Shown: positions 13,679-27,430, counted from the stretch's first letter. The stretch is DNA of 64,000 nucleotides from Eledone cirrhosa (GCA_964016885.1 OZ024760.1:9610001-9674000); one strand, 5' to 3'. The notes: a model not told the origin generated them from the sequence alone. Translations and numbers: made by a program.

Positions 13679-14103
13679 CTAAACACATACACATGTAAGT
13701 TCATACAAAGAAAAAATAAATACATTAGCACTCAAAAATATTCATTCATGTCTATGAATATCATCATCATCATCATCATCGTTTAACATCCATATTCCAC
13801 GCTTGCATGGGTTTGGATATGTTAAGTATATTTGGAGAGAGGAGTATTCGGCACTATAATTTGGGATGAAGTAAGTTTGGATAAAAATCATATGGAAGTG
13901 TGATAAGTAAGTGAAATTATATGTGTGTATGTCAAATATATCATTAGAAAGAAGGAGTGTTTGGGGTTTCTTATAGAGTACACTTAGTGAAAACAATGAG
14001 AACAATCAATATGTGAGTGTTATAGGTATAACAAAAAGCATGTAATCATAGTCAATATGTGAGTATTGTTTGTGTGTTATGGGTATAACTAAAGGTATGT
14101 GTT

Positions 14104-15398
14104 CATATTGAATATAAGTTCAGGGTAGTTAGGGTTTAGCTATTTCATATTGAATATAAGTTCAGGGTAGTTAGGGTTTAGCTATTTCATATTGAATATA
14201 AGTTCAGGGTAGTTAGGGTTTAGCTATTTCATATTGAATATAAGTTCAGAGTAGTTAGGGTTTAGCTATTTCATATTGAAATATAAGTTCAGGGTAGTTA
14301 GGGTTTAGCTATTTCATATTGAATATAAGTTCAGGGTAGTTAGGGTTTAGCTATTTCATATTGAATATAAGTTCAGAGTAGTTAGGGTTTAGCTATTTCA
14401 TATTGAAATATAAGCTCAGAGTAGTTAGGGTTTAGCTATTTCATATTGAAATATAAGTTCAGGGTAGTTAGGGTTTATGTTATTCCATAACTGAAATATA
14501 AGTTCAGGGTAGTTAGGGTTTAGCTATTTCATAACTGAAATATAAGTTCAGGGTAGTTAGGGTTTATGCTATTCCATAACTGAAATATAAGTTCAGGGTA
14601 GTTAGGGTTTAGCTATTTCATATTGAAATATAAGTTCAGGGTAGTTAGGGTTTAGCTATTTCATATTGAAATATAAGTTCAGGGTAGTTAGGGTTTATGT
14701 TATTCCATAACTGAAATATAAGTTCAGGGTAGTTAGGGTTTATGTTATTCCATAACTGAAATATAAGCTCAGGGTAGTTAGGGTTTATGTTATTCCATAA
14801 CTGAAATATAAGTTCAGGGTAGTTAGGGTTTATGTTATTCCATAACTGAAATATAAGTTCAGGGTAGTTAGGGTTTATGTTATTCCATAACTGAAATATA
14901 AGCTCAGGGTAGTTAGGGTTTAGCTATTTCATATTGAAATATAAGCTCAGCGTAGTTAGGGTTTAGCTATTTCATATTGAAATATAAGTTCAGTGTAGTT
15001 AGGGTTTATGTTATTCCATAACTGAAATATAAGTTCAGGGTAGTTAGGGTTTATGTTATTCCATAACTGAAATATAAGTTCAGGGTAGTTAGGGTTTATG
15101 TTATTCCATAACTGAAATATAAGCTCAGGGTAGTTAGGGTTTAGCTATTTCATATTGAAATATTAGCTCAGCGTAGTTAGGGTTTAGCTATTTCATATTG
15201 AAATATAAGTTCAGTGTAGTTAGGGTTTATGTTATTCCATAACTGAAATATAAGTTCAGTGTAGTTAGGGTTTATGTTATTCCATAACTGAAATATAAGT
15301 TCAGGGTAGTTAGGGTTTATGTTATTCCATAACTGAAATATAAGTTCAGGGTAGTTAGGGTTTATGTTATTCCATAACTGAAATATAAGCTCAGGGTG
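14104..15398 (+). repeat. 42-43-bp minisatellite (~30 copies) containing TTAGGG
   Basis: Unit atattgaa(a)tataagttcagggtagttagggtttagctatttc, with a second variant ...tttatgttattccataactg. Confidence 0.95.
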
Positions 15399-15470
15399 GT
15401 TGTGTGTCCCAATTCATGCTATGTTTATTTTAATAGATATTAATTTTAAATCTTATATCCAAAACATAAC

Positions 15471-15544
15471 TATTTCATCTGATGAACGAGCTGGACGTTT
15501 CTGTAAGGATTGTCTAGTTTCCTGAAACCTTTGGTAATGGAATA
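15471..15544 (+). ncRNA. Hammerhead ribozyme
   Basis: tatttcat / CTGATGA 15479-15485 / gagctggac..gtctagttt / GAAA 15524-15527 / cc-ttt-gg / TA / atggaata. Confidence 0.6.
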
Positions 15545-15986
15545 ATTATATTGTGTTGTTTATTACGTAATTAAATAGCTCTGCACAATACATAGAGCAC
15601 TCTTCTTTCCCTTATCTTACACACACACCATTATATTAACATACTTTTGCTCATAGTTTCGTACTTACAAGCACACACACTCTTTTACTTACATATACAC
15701 ACACATATCCTCTTAGCTTAGTTCAGACATATAATAACACACACAGACGCACACACACACACACATGCTCACAAGTATAGTTATTTATACAAAACAGTTC
15801 TTTTTCCATTTCAGGCAGATGCACTCCATCATCCACTTTTCTAAAAAAATATATCATACACAAAACGCCATCATCAACAGTTTGCCAAGAGATGTCAACA
15901 GGAATGGACCTGTTATTTTTCTCTAAAAACATTTTTTCTAATTCCACCCCACTCGTCCCTTCAATCTATCTTATTTCTCCTTCTTT

Positions 15987-16020
15987 CTTCTGATGAAGGA
16001 CTAGCGCCCGAAACGTTAAG
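15987..16020 (+). ncRNA. Very minimal hammerhead motif (Penelope pLTR type)
   Basis: ctt / CTGATGA / aggactagcgccc / GAAA-cg-TT (palindrome AACGTT) / aag. Paralogue at 16450-16474 has an intact gggc/gccc stem II but its 3' side is replaced by poly-C. Confidence 0.55.
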
Positions 16021-16504
16021 TCCCTCTTCCTGCTATTTCAAGCGTTAACCTAATATATTCCTTCCATATACTGTACCAGTTGTGTTGTGATTTCTGTTTA
16101 CCTTTTACATATATTTTTTTATTTTTGAGCGATCGACTTTCGTCAAATCGGACCGAGGAAACAATGTTTCCGTTGGTCTTTCCAATTGCTAATACTATCT
16201 ATCGGTCGCAACTCCAGGTAGAAGGAGCAACGTGAAATAAAGTGTCTTGCTCAAGGACATAACGCATCGCTGGTCCAGTAATCGAAATCACAACTATATA
16301 TATATAAGATAAAGGAAAGAAGAATGCTCTATGTATTGTACAGAGCTATTTAATTACGTAATATATATATATTTTTATCTAATTTCTTTTAATGTCTTTC
16401 CACCACTCCCCCACACACCCTTGGAACTCTCTTCCTGCCCACTTTTCTCCTGATGAAGGGCTAATGCCCGAAACCCCCCCCCCCCACTCTCAAGAGTGAA
16501 ACTA

Positions 16505-16645
16505 ATAATTGTTTCTACTTTAGGCACAAGGCCAGCAATTACCCAGTGTATTACTGGTACTTTATTTTATCGACCCCGTCAGGATGAAAGGCAAAGTTAA
16601 CCTCGGCGGGATTTGAACTCAGATCGTAAAGGGTCGTAACTATGA
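16505..16645 (-). mobile_element. SINE family 2, 5'-truncated, with target-site duplication
   Basis: tgaaactaataat at 16497-16509 and 16643-16655; inserted into a hammerhead-bearing element. Confidence 0.8.
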
Positions 16646-16730
16646 AACTAATAATAACATTTGTACTGTCTCTTCACTTCCACTTTTTTTTTTGTTTTCT
16701 GTTTACCGTCGCAATTTAAAAATATATATA

Positions 16731-16766
<36 letters not shown>

Positions 16767-16829
16767 CCATTCGTCACGGTCCTTTGTCATCTCCTCCATG
16801 AGCTTCAGCGATTTGAGGTCAGCTCTCAT

Positions 16830-16861
<32 letters not shown>

Positions 16862-16922
16862 CCATTCGTCACGGTCCTTTGTCATCTCCTCCATGAGCTT
16901 CAGCGATTTGAGGTCAGCTCTC

Positions 16923-16973
<51 letters not shown>

Positions 16974-17301
16974 ATGCTTTGGGAGGGTCATGTTGCCAAT
17001 AAGAAACACACGCACCAGTTGCTTTCACTCCAATTTATTATAAATTAAATTTATAAATTTCCAGTTGGTTGGTTCCACAACCGGACGGTTGTTCATATAT
17101 TGTCAAAGTTCTTTCGTCACACATTCTGTGACCTCTTCAGTGACTGGGGATATATATATATATATATACACAGAGATATCCACGGTAAGTTGTGGGGTCT
17201 ATTCTGCATGAAGAACTCGATGTAATCCATAAGTTGAAAATGTTGTAGGTTAAGATAAATCCCGGAAAATAATAAAACATTAAAAGGAAAACAGAGTCAT
17301 G

Positions 17302-17644
17302 ATATAAGTTAAAACAATGAAATAAAAAAATCAAGTCATTAGAGATATACTTCACTGCTTTACGATCGTTTCTAGGTGATATTAATACATTGTAGCTATA
17401 CTTCGTTATTGATCTATGTAAGGTTAGTTACAAAATATCAGATAAAGAGAATATTTACTTTTGTAAACAGCTGGTGATATGCAAGTAAGTAAATATTCTC
17501 TTTATCTGATATTTTGTAACTAACCTTACATAGATCAATAACGAAGTATAGCTACGATGTATTATCATCACCTAGAAACGATCGTAAAGCAGTGAAGTAT
17601 ATCTCTAATGACTTGATTTTTTATTTCATTGGTTTAACTTATAT
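17302..17644. mobile_element. Fold-back element, ~158-bp arms
   Basis: ~17302-17460 is inverted at ~17487-17644; arm contains GAAA-cgatcg-TA (3' half of a hammerhead); ends on a TA-rich tract. Confidence 0.75.
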
Positions 17645-17927
17645 ATGTATATATATATCTATATCTATGTATGATAGAAATATCCAAGGATAATAGCACT
17701 TAGTCCATAGGACAAGTTTAGTATAAATAATTAGTCATTATTTATATATATTTATGCATAGAGTTACGGCCCTTGCCATTCTGAGTTCAAATCCCGCCTA
17801 GGTTAACTTTGCCTTTCATCCTTACGGGGTCGATAAAATAAAGTACCAGTAATGCACTGGGTAATTGCTGGCCTTGTGCCAAAAGTAGAAACAATTATTT
17901 ATATATATTTTTATATATATATATATA

Positions 17928-18075
17928 TATAAAGAAAAAGAGATGAAATCGAAAATGCAACTGGAGTCTTATTTTTAAAAAAAATATATATATTTATTAG
18001 GTTCCTTTACCGGTTTCGCAGTTCTTCTGCTTTAAGACTCCAGTTGCATTTTCGATTTCATCTCTTTTTCTTTAT
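17928..18075. mobile_element. Short fold-back with a hammerhead 3' half in the loop
   Basis: aaagaaaaagagatgaaatcgaaaatgcaactggagtctta is inverted at ~18033-18073; minus strand of the loop reads gcag-aagaa-ctgc-GAAA-ccgg-TA. Confidence 0.6.
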
Positions 18076-18131
18076 ACTTTCACTCGTGTAGGACACCTCG
18101 GTTATTTTTCATTTTGTAAAAAAAACCTCAC

Positions 18132-18177
<46 letters not shown>

Positions 18178-18574
18178 TCATCTTTTAATATATGTAATTA
18201 TATATATAGATAAACACATTGCCAGTTTGTTTAAGTAGACGTGGTCACTCGTCTGTTAACCAGTGAAGGTATAATATATATATTCATAGGAACGAAGCTA
18301 TATATATACATTGCCAGTTTGTTTAAATAGATGTGTTCACTCTTCTGTTAACCAGTTTAATGTTAAGCCCTTCCTAATCTTTAATCAATCATATAATTGT
18401 ATCAATATAACATATTCTCTTCTTATATATTGAACATATTTCTTACAACCCACAACTTTTCTACTTACCTTCCATACTTTTCTCTTTTATATCTAATAAA
18501 TCTCTGCATGTGAAAAATTCTCTCTCTCTCCATTCCTCTCTATCTCTTTACACACAGAGACACACACATACATA

Positions 18575-18613
<39 letters not shown>

Positions 18614-18690
18614 GCATTTATACATATATAAATATACATACATATATATACATGTATATATACATACATATATATATACACACATATCTA

Positions 18691-18743
<53 letters not shown>

Positions 18744-18952
18744 AAATGAGTATATATAAATACATATATATATGCGTGTGTCTATAGAGGCATATACGGG
18801 TTATATACCCTTGCAAGCAGGGAAAAGCGGACGTAAAATGATGATGATGATGATGATGTATATATTTATATATATATAACATATATAATATATATATACT
18901 TTTTTTTACTATATAGATATATACTGGTTATATATATATATATATACATATG

Positions 18953-19620
18953 ACGTGTAGGTGTCACAACAAAAAAACACACAGTCCACGCTGTAATGTG
19001 GCCGTGTAGGTAACACGGTAAAACCTCCCAGTCCACACTGTAAACGTGGTTGGTGTTAGGCAGGGCATCCAGCCGTAGAAAACCCGCCAGACGTGTAGGT
19101 GTCACGACAAAAAAACACACAGTCCACGCTGTAATGTGGCCGTGTAGGTAAGACGGTAAAAACCTCCCAGTCCACACTGTAAACGTGGTTGGTGTTAGGC
19201 AGGGCATCCAGCCGTAGAAAACCCGCCAGACGTGTAGGTGTCACGACAAAAAAACACACAGTCCACGCTGTAATGTGGCCGTGTAGGTAACACGGTAAAA
19301 ACCTCCCAGTCCACACTGTAAACGTGGTTGGTGTTAGGAAGGGCATCCAGCCGTAGAAAACCCGCCAGACGTGTAGGTGTCACGACAAAAAAACACACAG
19401 TCCACGCTGTAATGTGGCCGTGTAGGTAACACGGTAAAAACCTCCCAGTTCCACACTGTAAATGTGGTTGGTGTTAGGAAGGGCATCCAGCCGTAGAAAA
19501 CCCGCCAGACAGTCCTATACGAGCAGGACAACACCAATCTTGCCTCAAGTGGGAAAACTCCCGTCCAAACCCATGCAAGTGTGGAAGATGGACGTTAAAC
19601 GATGATGATGATGATGATGA
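18953..19620 (+). repeat. SINE whose central 139-bp segment is tandemly repeated 4 times, followed by the RTE tail
   Basis: Units start at ~18953, 19091, 19230 and 19369; (GAT)n tail at 19600-19620. Confidence 0.9.
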
Positions 19621-19934
19621 TATGTGTATTATGTGATATGGAAATTTTATAGTTTTATTGCTTTTCTGTTAATGTTTGTAAGAAATTAAAGAGTAGTGCT
19701 TGTGATTAAACATAAATTATCACGTCTTGAATAATGAATTGATATGATTCTGCAACAGATTGCAGCTATAATCACAGACTTATGGCTGATAATTCTACCT
19801 TGCCAATGTATGTAGATGTACAAGTATTGGCCTTGCACCTCCTTCAGTTCTAATGAGGAGCGGGGTTACAAGGGTGCAATTAAACAACCAAACTATTTGG
19901 GAACTTAAGGTGAGGACCACTCCAGAGATATGTG

Positions 19935-22900
19935 CACAGTGGACATATGTGCAATGTGAAATGAAGTGTCTTGCTCAAGGACACAATGGATTGGAACAAT
20001 ATGAAATAATGTCTTGCTCAAGAACACAATGGACATATGTGCAATGTGAACTGAAGGGACTTGCTCAAGACACAGTAGACTTCTGTAATGTGAAATGAAG
20101 GGACTTGCTCAAGGACACAGTGGACTGCAGTAATGTGAAATGAAGGGACTTGCTCAAGACACAGTAGACTGCAGTAATGTGAAATGAGGTGTCTTGCTCA
20201 AGACACAGTAGACTGCAGTAATGTGAAATGAAGGGACTTGCTCAAGGACACAGTAGACTGCAGTAATGTGAAATGAAGGGACTTGCTCAAGACACAGTAG
20301 ACTGCAGTAATGTGAAATGAAGGGACTTGCTCAAGACACAGTAGACTGCAGTAATGTGAAATGAGGTGTCTTGCTCAAGGACACAGTGGACTGCAGTTAT
20401 GTGAAATGAAGGGACTTGCTCAAGACACAGTAGACTGCAGTAATGTGAAATGAAGGGACTTGCTCAAGACACAGTAGACTGCAGTAATGTGAAATGAGGT
20501 GTCTTGCTCAAGGACACAGTGGACTGCAGTTATGTGAAATGAAGGGACTTGCTCAAGACACAGTAGACTGCAGTAATGTGAAATGAAGGGACTTGCTCAA
20601 GACACAGTAGACTGCAGTAATGTGAAATGAGGTGTCTTGCTCAAGGACACAGTGGACTGCAGTTATGTGAAATGAAGGGACTTGCTCAAGACACAGTAGA
20701 CTGCAGTAATGTGAAATGAAGGGACTTGCTCAAGACACAGTGGACTGCAGTAATGTGAAATGAAGGGACTTGCTCAAGACACAGTAGACTGCAGTAATGT
20801 GAAATGAAGGGACTTGCTCAAGACACAGTAGACTGCAGTAATGTGAAATGAAGGGACTTGCTCAAGACACAGTAGACTGCAGTAATGTGAAATGAGGTGT
20901 CTTGCTCAAGGACACAGTGGACTGCAGTTATGTGAAATGAAGGGACTTGCTCAAGACACAGTAGACTGCAGTAATGTGAAATGAAGGGACTTGCTCAAGA
21001 CACAGTAGACTGCAGTAATGTGAAATGAGGTGTCTTGCTCAAGGACACAGTGGACTGCAGTTATGTGAAATGAAGGGACTTGCTCAAGACACAGTAGACT
21101 GCAGTAATGTGAAATGAAGGGACTTGCTCAAGACACAGTAGACTGCAGTAATGTGAAATGAGGTGTCTTGCTCAAGGACACAGTGGACTGCAGTTATGTG
21201 AAATGAAGGGACTTGCTCAAGACACAGTAGACTGCAGTAATGTGAAATGAAGGGACTTGCTCAAGACACAGTGGACTGCAGTAATGTGAAATGAAGGGAC
21301 TTGCTCAAGACACAGTAGACTGCAGTAATGTGAAATGAAGGGACTTGCTCAAGACACAGTAGACTGCAGTAATGTGAAATGAAGGGACTTGCTCAAGGAC
21401 ACAGTGGACTGCAGTAATGTGAAATGAAGGGACTTGCTCAAGGACACAGTGGACTGCAGTAATGTGAAATGAAGGGACTTGCTCAAGACACAGTGGACTG
21501 CAGTAATGTGAAATGAAGGGACTTGCTCAAGACACAGTGGACTGCAGTAATGTGAAATGAAGGGACTTGCTCAAGACACAGTGGACTGCAGTAATGTGAA
21601 ATGAAGGGACTTGCTCAAGACACAGTGGACTGCAGTAATGTGAAATGAAGGGACTTGCTCAAGACACAGTGGACTGCAGTAATGTGAAATGAAGGGACTT
21701 GCTCAAGACACAGTAGACTGCAGTAATGTGAAATGAGGTGTCTTGCTCAAGGACACAGTGGACTGCAGTTATGTGAAATGAAGGGACTTGCTCAAGACAC
21801 AGTAGACTGCAGTAATGTGAAATGAAGGGACTTGCTCAAGACACAGTAGACTGCAGTAATGTGAAATGAAGGGACTTGCTCAAGACACAGTAGACTGCAG
21901 TAATGTGAAATGAAGGGACTTGCTCAAGACACAGTAGACTGCAGTAATGTGAAATGAGGTGTCTTGCTCAAGGACACAGTGGACTGCAGTAATGTGAAAT
22001 GAAGGGACTTGCTCAAGGACACAGTGGACTGCAGTAATGTGAAATGAAGGGACTTGCTCAAGACACAGTAGACTGCAGTAATGTGAAATGAGGTGTCTTG
22101 CTCAAGGACACAGTGGACTGCAGTAATGTGAAATGAAGGGACTTGCTCAAGGACACAGTGGACTGCAGTAATGTGAAATGAAGGGACTTGCTCAAGACAC
22201 AGTAGACTGCAGTAATGTGAAATGAAGGGACTTGCTCAAGACACAGTGGACTGCAGTAATGTGAAATGAAGGGACTTGCTCAAGACACAGTAGACTGCAG
22301 TAATGTGAAATGAAGGGACTTGCTCAAGACACAGTAGACTGCAGTAATGTGAAATGAAGGGACTTGCTCAAGACACAGTGGACTGCAGTAATGTGAAATG
22401 AAGGGACTTGCTCAAGACACAGTAGACTGCAGTAATGTGAAATGAAGGGACTTGCTCAAGACACAGTGGACTGCAGTAATGTGAAATGAAGGGACTTGCT
22501 CAAGACACAGTAGACTGCAGTAATGTGAAATGAAGGGACTTGCTCAAGACACAGTAGACTGCAGTAATGTGAAATGAAGGGACTTGCTCAAGACACAGTG
22601 GACTGCAGTAATGTGAAATGAAGGGACTTGCTCAAGACACAGTAGACTGCAGTAATGTGAAATGAAGGGACTTGCTCAAGACACAGTAGACTGCAGTAAT
22701 GTGAAATGAAGGGACTTGCTCAAGACACAGTGGACTGCAGTAATGTGAAATGAAGGGACTTGCTCAAGACACAGTGGACTGCAGTAATGTGAAATGAAGG
22801 GACTTGCTCAAGACACAGTGGACTGCAGTAATGTGAAATGAAGGGACTTGCTCAAGACACAGTGGACTGCAGTAATGTGAAATGAAGGGACTTGCTCAAG

Positions 22901-23423
22901 ACACAGTGGACTGCAGTAATGTGAAATGAAGGGACTTGCTCAAGACACAGTGGACTGCAGTAATGTGAAATGAAGGGACTTGCTCAAGATACAGTGGACT
23001 GCAGTAATGTGAAATGAAGGGACTTGCTCAAGACACAGTGGACTGCAGTAATGTGAAATGAAGGGACTTGCTCAAGACACAGTAGACTTCAGTAATGTGA
23101 AATGAAGGGACTTGCTCAAGACACAGTAGACTGCAGTAATGTGAAATGAGGTGTCTTGCTCAAGGACACAGTGGACTGCAGTTATGTGAAATGAAGGGAC
23201 TTGCTCAAGACACAGTAGACTGCAGTAATGTGAAATGAAGGGACTTGCTCAAGACACAGTAGACTGCAGTAATGTGAAATGAGGTGTCTTGCTCAAGGAC
23301 ACAGTGGACTGCAGTTATGTGAAATGAAGTGTCTTGCTCAAGGACACAATATATCACTTGGAATCAAACTCATCATCTTACAACACTGAAACAAACATTC
23401 TCACCATTGAGCCATATATCTCC
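19935..23423 (-). repeat. 44/45-bp satellite (~75 copies) amplified inside a tRNA-SINE
   Basis: Unit aatgtgaaatgaagggacttgctcaagacacagtagactgcagt matches SINE segment caatgtgaaataaagtgtcttgctcaagga (4473-4502); the array exits into a degenerate reverse-complement SINE head at 23350-23423. Confidence 0.95.
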
Positions 23424-23547
23424 ACTATAATACTGTTTATATTTTATATATATATTGTTATATATATATATCCCGATGTCTTCCAAAAGTAACGGTTGCA
23501 TTTTGTAAGGGTATGTCAATATTTATTTATAAAACTGGTATATATTG

Positions 23548-23612
23548 TATTTTGTCTGATGAAGGCATACCATAATTTAACATGGTATCCTTGAAATATG
23601 TATAATAAAATA
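23548..23612 (+). ncRNA. Minimal hammerhead ribozyme (family A, element ~23470-23655)
   Basis: tattttgt / CTGATGA 23556-23562 / agg-cataccat..atggtat-cct / GAAA 23593-23596 / tatgta / TA / ataaaata. Confidence 0.75.
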
Positions 23613-23798
23613 GATATGGTTTTATAAATATAGTTTCCATTTGTTAATATCGTATATATATATAGTCTGGTTCAAACTGAATTGGTCTGTCCCAGTCATT
23701 CATTGAGCAACATCGGTGAAGTTGGCACCCTTAACTCACAGTTGGGTGCGGATGCATTCATGTATATGTGTGTGTGTCCGCATGTATCTGTGTGTTTC

Positions 23799-23830
<32 letters not shown>

Positions 23831-24695
23831 CTTATCTCCCTTTTTACTTACATTATTTAACCTGGATTGGCAGTATCGGTAGAGGGTCGGACATGCTTTC
23901 CAGCATAGTTACGTCCCTTAATGATCTGAGTTCAAATCCCGCTGAGGTTGACTTTGCCTTTCATCCTTACAGGGTCGATAAAATAAAGTACCAGTAATGC
24001 ACTGGTGAATTGCTGGCCTTGTGCCAAAAAGTAGAAACAATTATTTAACCTATTGACTTCCACATATATTTTACACAGCTACAATTGCTGTGCTATTTTT
24101 TTGTTGTAAAATGACTATTTTTTTAAAACAAACATTTATTACCAACACATATCTGAATGATTGACAAACATCACATCAATAAACTAGTAACTCCATCTAG
24201 CTTTGAAGTCATGAACTGTTGGAAACGAGTTCATATCTTTGAAGTTATGAACTGTTGGAAACGAGTTCATATCTTTGAAGTTATGAACTGTTGGAAATGA
24301 GTTGAAACATGTTAAATTGAGTTATCTCGTCCATGGCACTGGAATGCATACATGTTAGGGCGAGTTATCTCATGTATGGCACTGAAGAGGTTAAGGTACT
24401 TGTCTATCTATTGATAATTTTGGGACTACCTACGCTTAGAACTCTCCTATACTTTCTAAAATCTCCACAGTGTGAACTTCACTTAATAAGATGTTGCGAA
24501 ACAGTTCCCAAAACTGTCTAGTTGTTACCAGGCGTTTTGCCCGATATAGGTCTGTTATTTTTCTTAATTTACTACTTAAAATTAAGTCTGACAAACCATA
24601 TTGCTGTAGTTAGTATTTTTTTACCCTAGCAAAACTAGTCCTTATGATTCGAACACATGTATGTTTATATTAGTGTTCATCTCTCTTGTTTATTC

Positions 24696-24774
<79 letters not shown>

Positions 24775-25384
24775 GAGAGAGAGAAAGAGATAGATAGATA
24801 AAGATATATCTATATATATATATAGTTATTTTCACTTTCTAAATATGATTGTTATATCTATATTTACATTATGAGATGACCAAATATAGTAATATCTGCC
24901 CCCCACCCACACCTCCCCACCACCTCACCCATTACACAACCATACAAACCATCTTACTATTTCTTTACAAATATTATTATTATCTTTGAAATTCATTCTT
25001 ATTTTGGAAGTTCTATATCTCTGAAAAACCATTATTTACAGTGCTTAGATGACCAATAACTTCAGCAGAGTTGTTAACACACACACATCTGCATATACTC
25101 ACACACATACAAACATACACACTGAGTGAGGCCCACACACACACATAATCACACACAAAGAGTCAAGCATACACTCCTGCACATAAACACACACTCACAC
25201 AGTCAGGAATACAATCATGTATGTACACATACACACACAAATCACAAATACATATATTTATAACCCAAAGAGAAATTCTTTATGCGGTTATTGATTTGCT
25301 AGAAATAACAACCAAATCTCTGAGTATTGATACTTTATGAGGACAGGACCTGTTAGATAATATAGTCAGACAGATCATGAATTT

Positions 25385-25812
25385 TGAGTAATGACCAAAA
25401 GAATGTGATCGCTAATGCAAGTAGCAAAGATGGGGTTCCTATGAGGGGTCTTTGGAGTAATGTTACTTGATAAAGTACGTAGCTCAGAGATCAGAGAGTC
25501 ACTCCAGGTAGAGCTGCTACTTCTCTGAATTGTGAGATCACAGCTTCGATAGATACTACAGACATGTGGTTGGAATGTCTCAGGAAAGAATCGCTGGACA
25601 GATTTTACGGGCTAAACCAACTGGCAGGGGACCCGACCCAGGGGTAGACACCGAGCAAGATGGTTGGATAGCATACATATGGTTAACTGGTCTTGCTTGG
25701 GGATCCAGCCAGATCAATTTGAGGCATTTGCTTCTGACAGGGCCTACCGCAAGGGGTGTTTGAGGACTCTGCCACCATGACCCTCTCAGGAAAAAGTAGG
25801 TGAAGAAGAAGA
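25385..25812 (+). mobile_element. RTE LINE 3' fragment (second family), decayed
   Basis: LDKVRSSEIRESL..HVVGMSQERIAGQILRAKPTGR..RWLD with stops and frameshifts, (GAA)n tail; same family on the minus strand at 54640-55050. Confidence 0.8.
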
Positions 25813-25837
25813 GATATCCTTTAAAGGATCTCGCTGT

Positions 25838-27430
25838 TACAACAACAATCCCTTTTAATATAGGTCAGCTTTGTCAGGGTTGACCTGGGACTAAACAACA
25901 AGACTCCCTTTTAATATAGGTCAACTTTATCAAGGTTGACCTGGGACTAAGCAACAACAATCCCTTTTAATATAGGTCAGCTTTGTCAGGGTTGACCTGG
26001 GACTAAACAACAACAATCCCTTTTAATATAAGTCAACTTTATCAGGGTTAACCTGGGACTAAGCAACAACAATCCCTTTTAATATAGGTCAACTTTATCA
26101 GGGTTAACCTGGGACTAAGCAACAACAATCCCTTTTAATATAGGTCAACTTTATCAAGGTTGACCTGGGACTAAACAACAACACTCCCTTTTAATATAGG
26201 TCAACTTTATCAGGGTTGACCTGGGACTAAACAACAACACATCCTTTTAATATAGGTCAGCTTTATCAGGGTTGACCTGAGACTAAGCAACAACACTCCC
26301 TTTTAATATAGGTCAACTTTATCAGGGTTGACCTGGGACTAAACAACAACACTCCCTTTTAATATAGGTCAACTTTATCAGGGTTGACCTGGGACTAAAC
26401 AACAACAATCCCTTTTAATATAGGTCAACTTTATCAGGGTTGACCCGGGACTAAACAACAACACTCCCTTTTAATATAGGTCAACTTTATCAGGGTTGAC
26501 CTGGGACTAAACAACAACAATCCCTTTTAATATAGGTCAACTTTATCAGGGTTGACCTGGGACTAAACAACAACACATCCTTTTAATATAGGTCAACTTT
26601 ATCAGGGTTGACCTGGGACTAAACAACAACACTCCCTTTTAATATAGGTCAACTTTATCAGGGTTGACCTGGGACTAAACAACAACAATCCCTTTTAATA
26701 TAGGTCAACTTTATCAGGGTTGACCTGGGACTAAACAACAACAATCCCTTTTAATATAGGTCAACTTTATCAGGGTTGACCTGGGACTAAACAACAACAA
26801 TCCCTTTTAATATAGGTCAACTTTATCAGGGTTGACCTGGGACTAAACAACAACAATCCCTTTTAATATAGGTCAACTTTATCAGGGTTGACCTGGGACT
26901 AAGCAACAACACTCCCTTTTAATATAGGTCAACTTTATCAGGGTTGACCTGGGACTAAACAACAACACTCCCTTTTAATATAGGTCAACTTTATCAGGGT
27001 TGACCTGGGACTAAACAACAACAATCCCTTTTAATATAGGTCAACTTTATCAAGGTTGACCTGGGACTAAACAACAACAATCCCTTTTAATATAGGTCAA
27101 CTTTATCAGGGTTGACCTGGGACTAAACAACAACACTCCCTTTTAATATAGGTCAACTTTATCAGGGTTGACCTGGGACTAAACAACAACACTCCCTTTT
27201 AATATAGGTCAACTTTATCAGGGTTGACCTGGGACTAAACAACAACACTCCCTTTTAATATAGGTCAACTTTGTCAGGGTTGACCTGGGACTAAGCAACA
27301 ACACTCCCTTTTAATATAGGTCAACTTTGTCAGGGTTGACCTGGGACTAAACAACAACACTCCCTTTTAATATAGGTCAACTTTGTCAGGGTTGACCTGG
27401 GACTAAACAACAATAACAACAACAATAACA
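25838..27430 (+). repeat. 56-bp minisatellite (~28 copies), hairpin plus (CAA)n
   Basis: Unit acaacaacaatcccttttaatataggtcaactttatcagggttgacctgggactaa; internal stem aggtcaac/gttgacct. Confidence 0.95.

Noticed and set aside
14104-15398. True telomere or interstitial telomeric array
   Set aside because: Only one TTAGGG per 42-43-bp unit, not contiguous (TTAGGG)n.
15795-15930. Splice-acceptor-like tttttccatttcag as an exon start
   Set aside because: No clear donor before stops in the frames examined; lies among repeat remnants.
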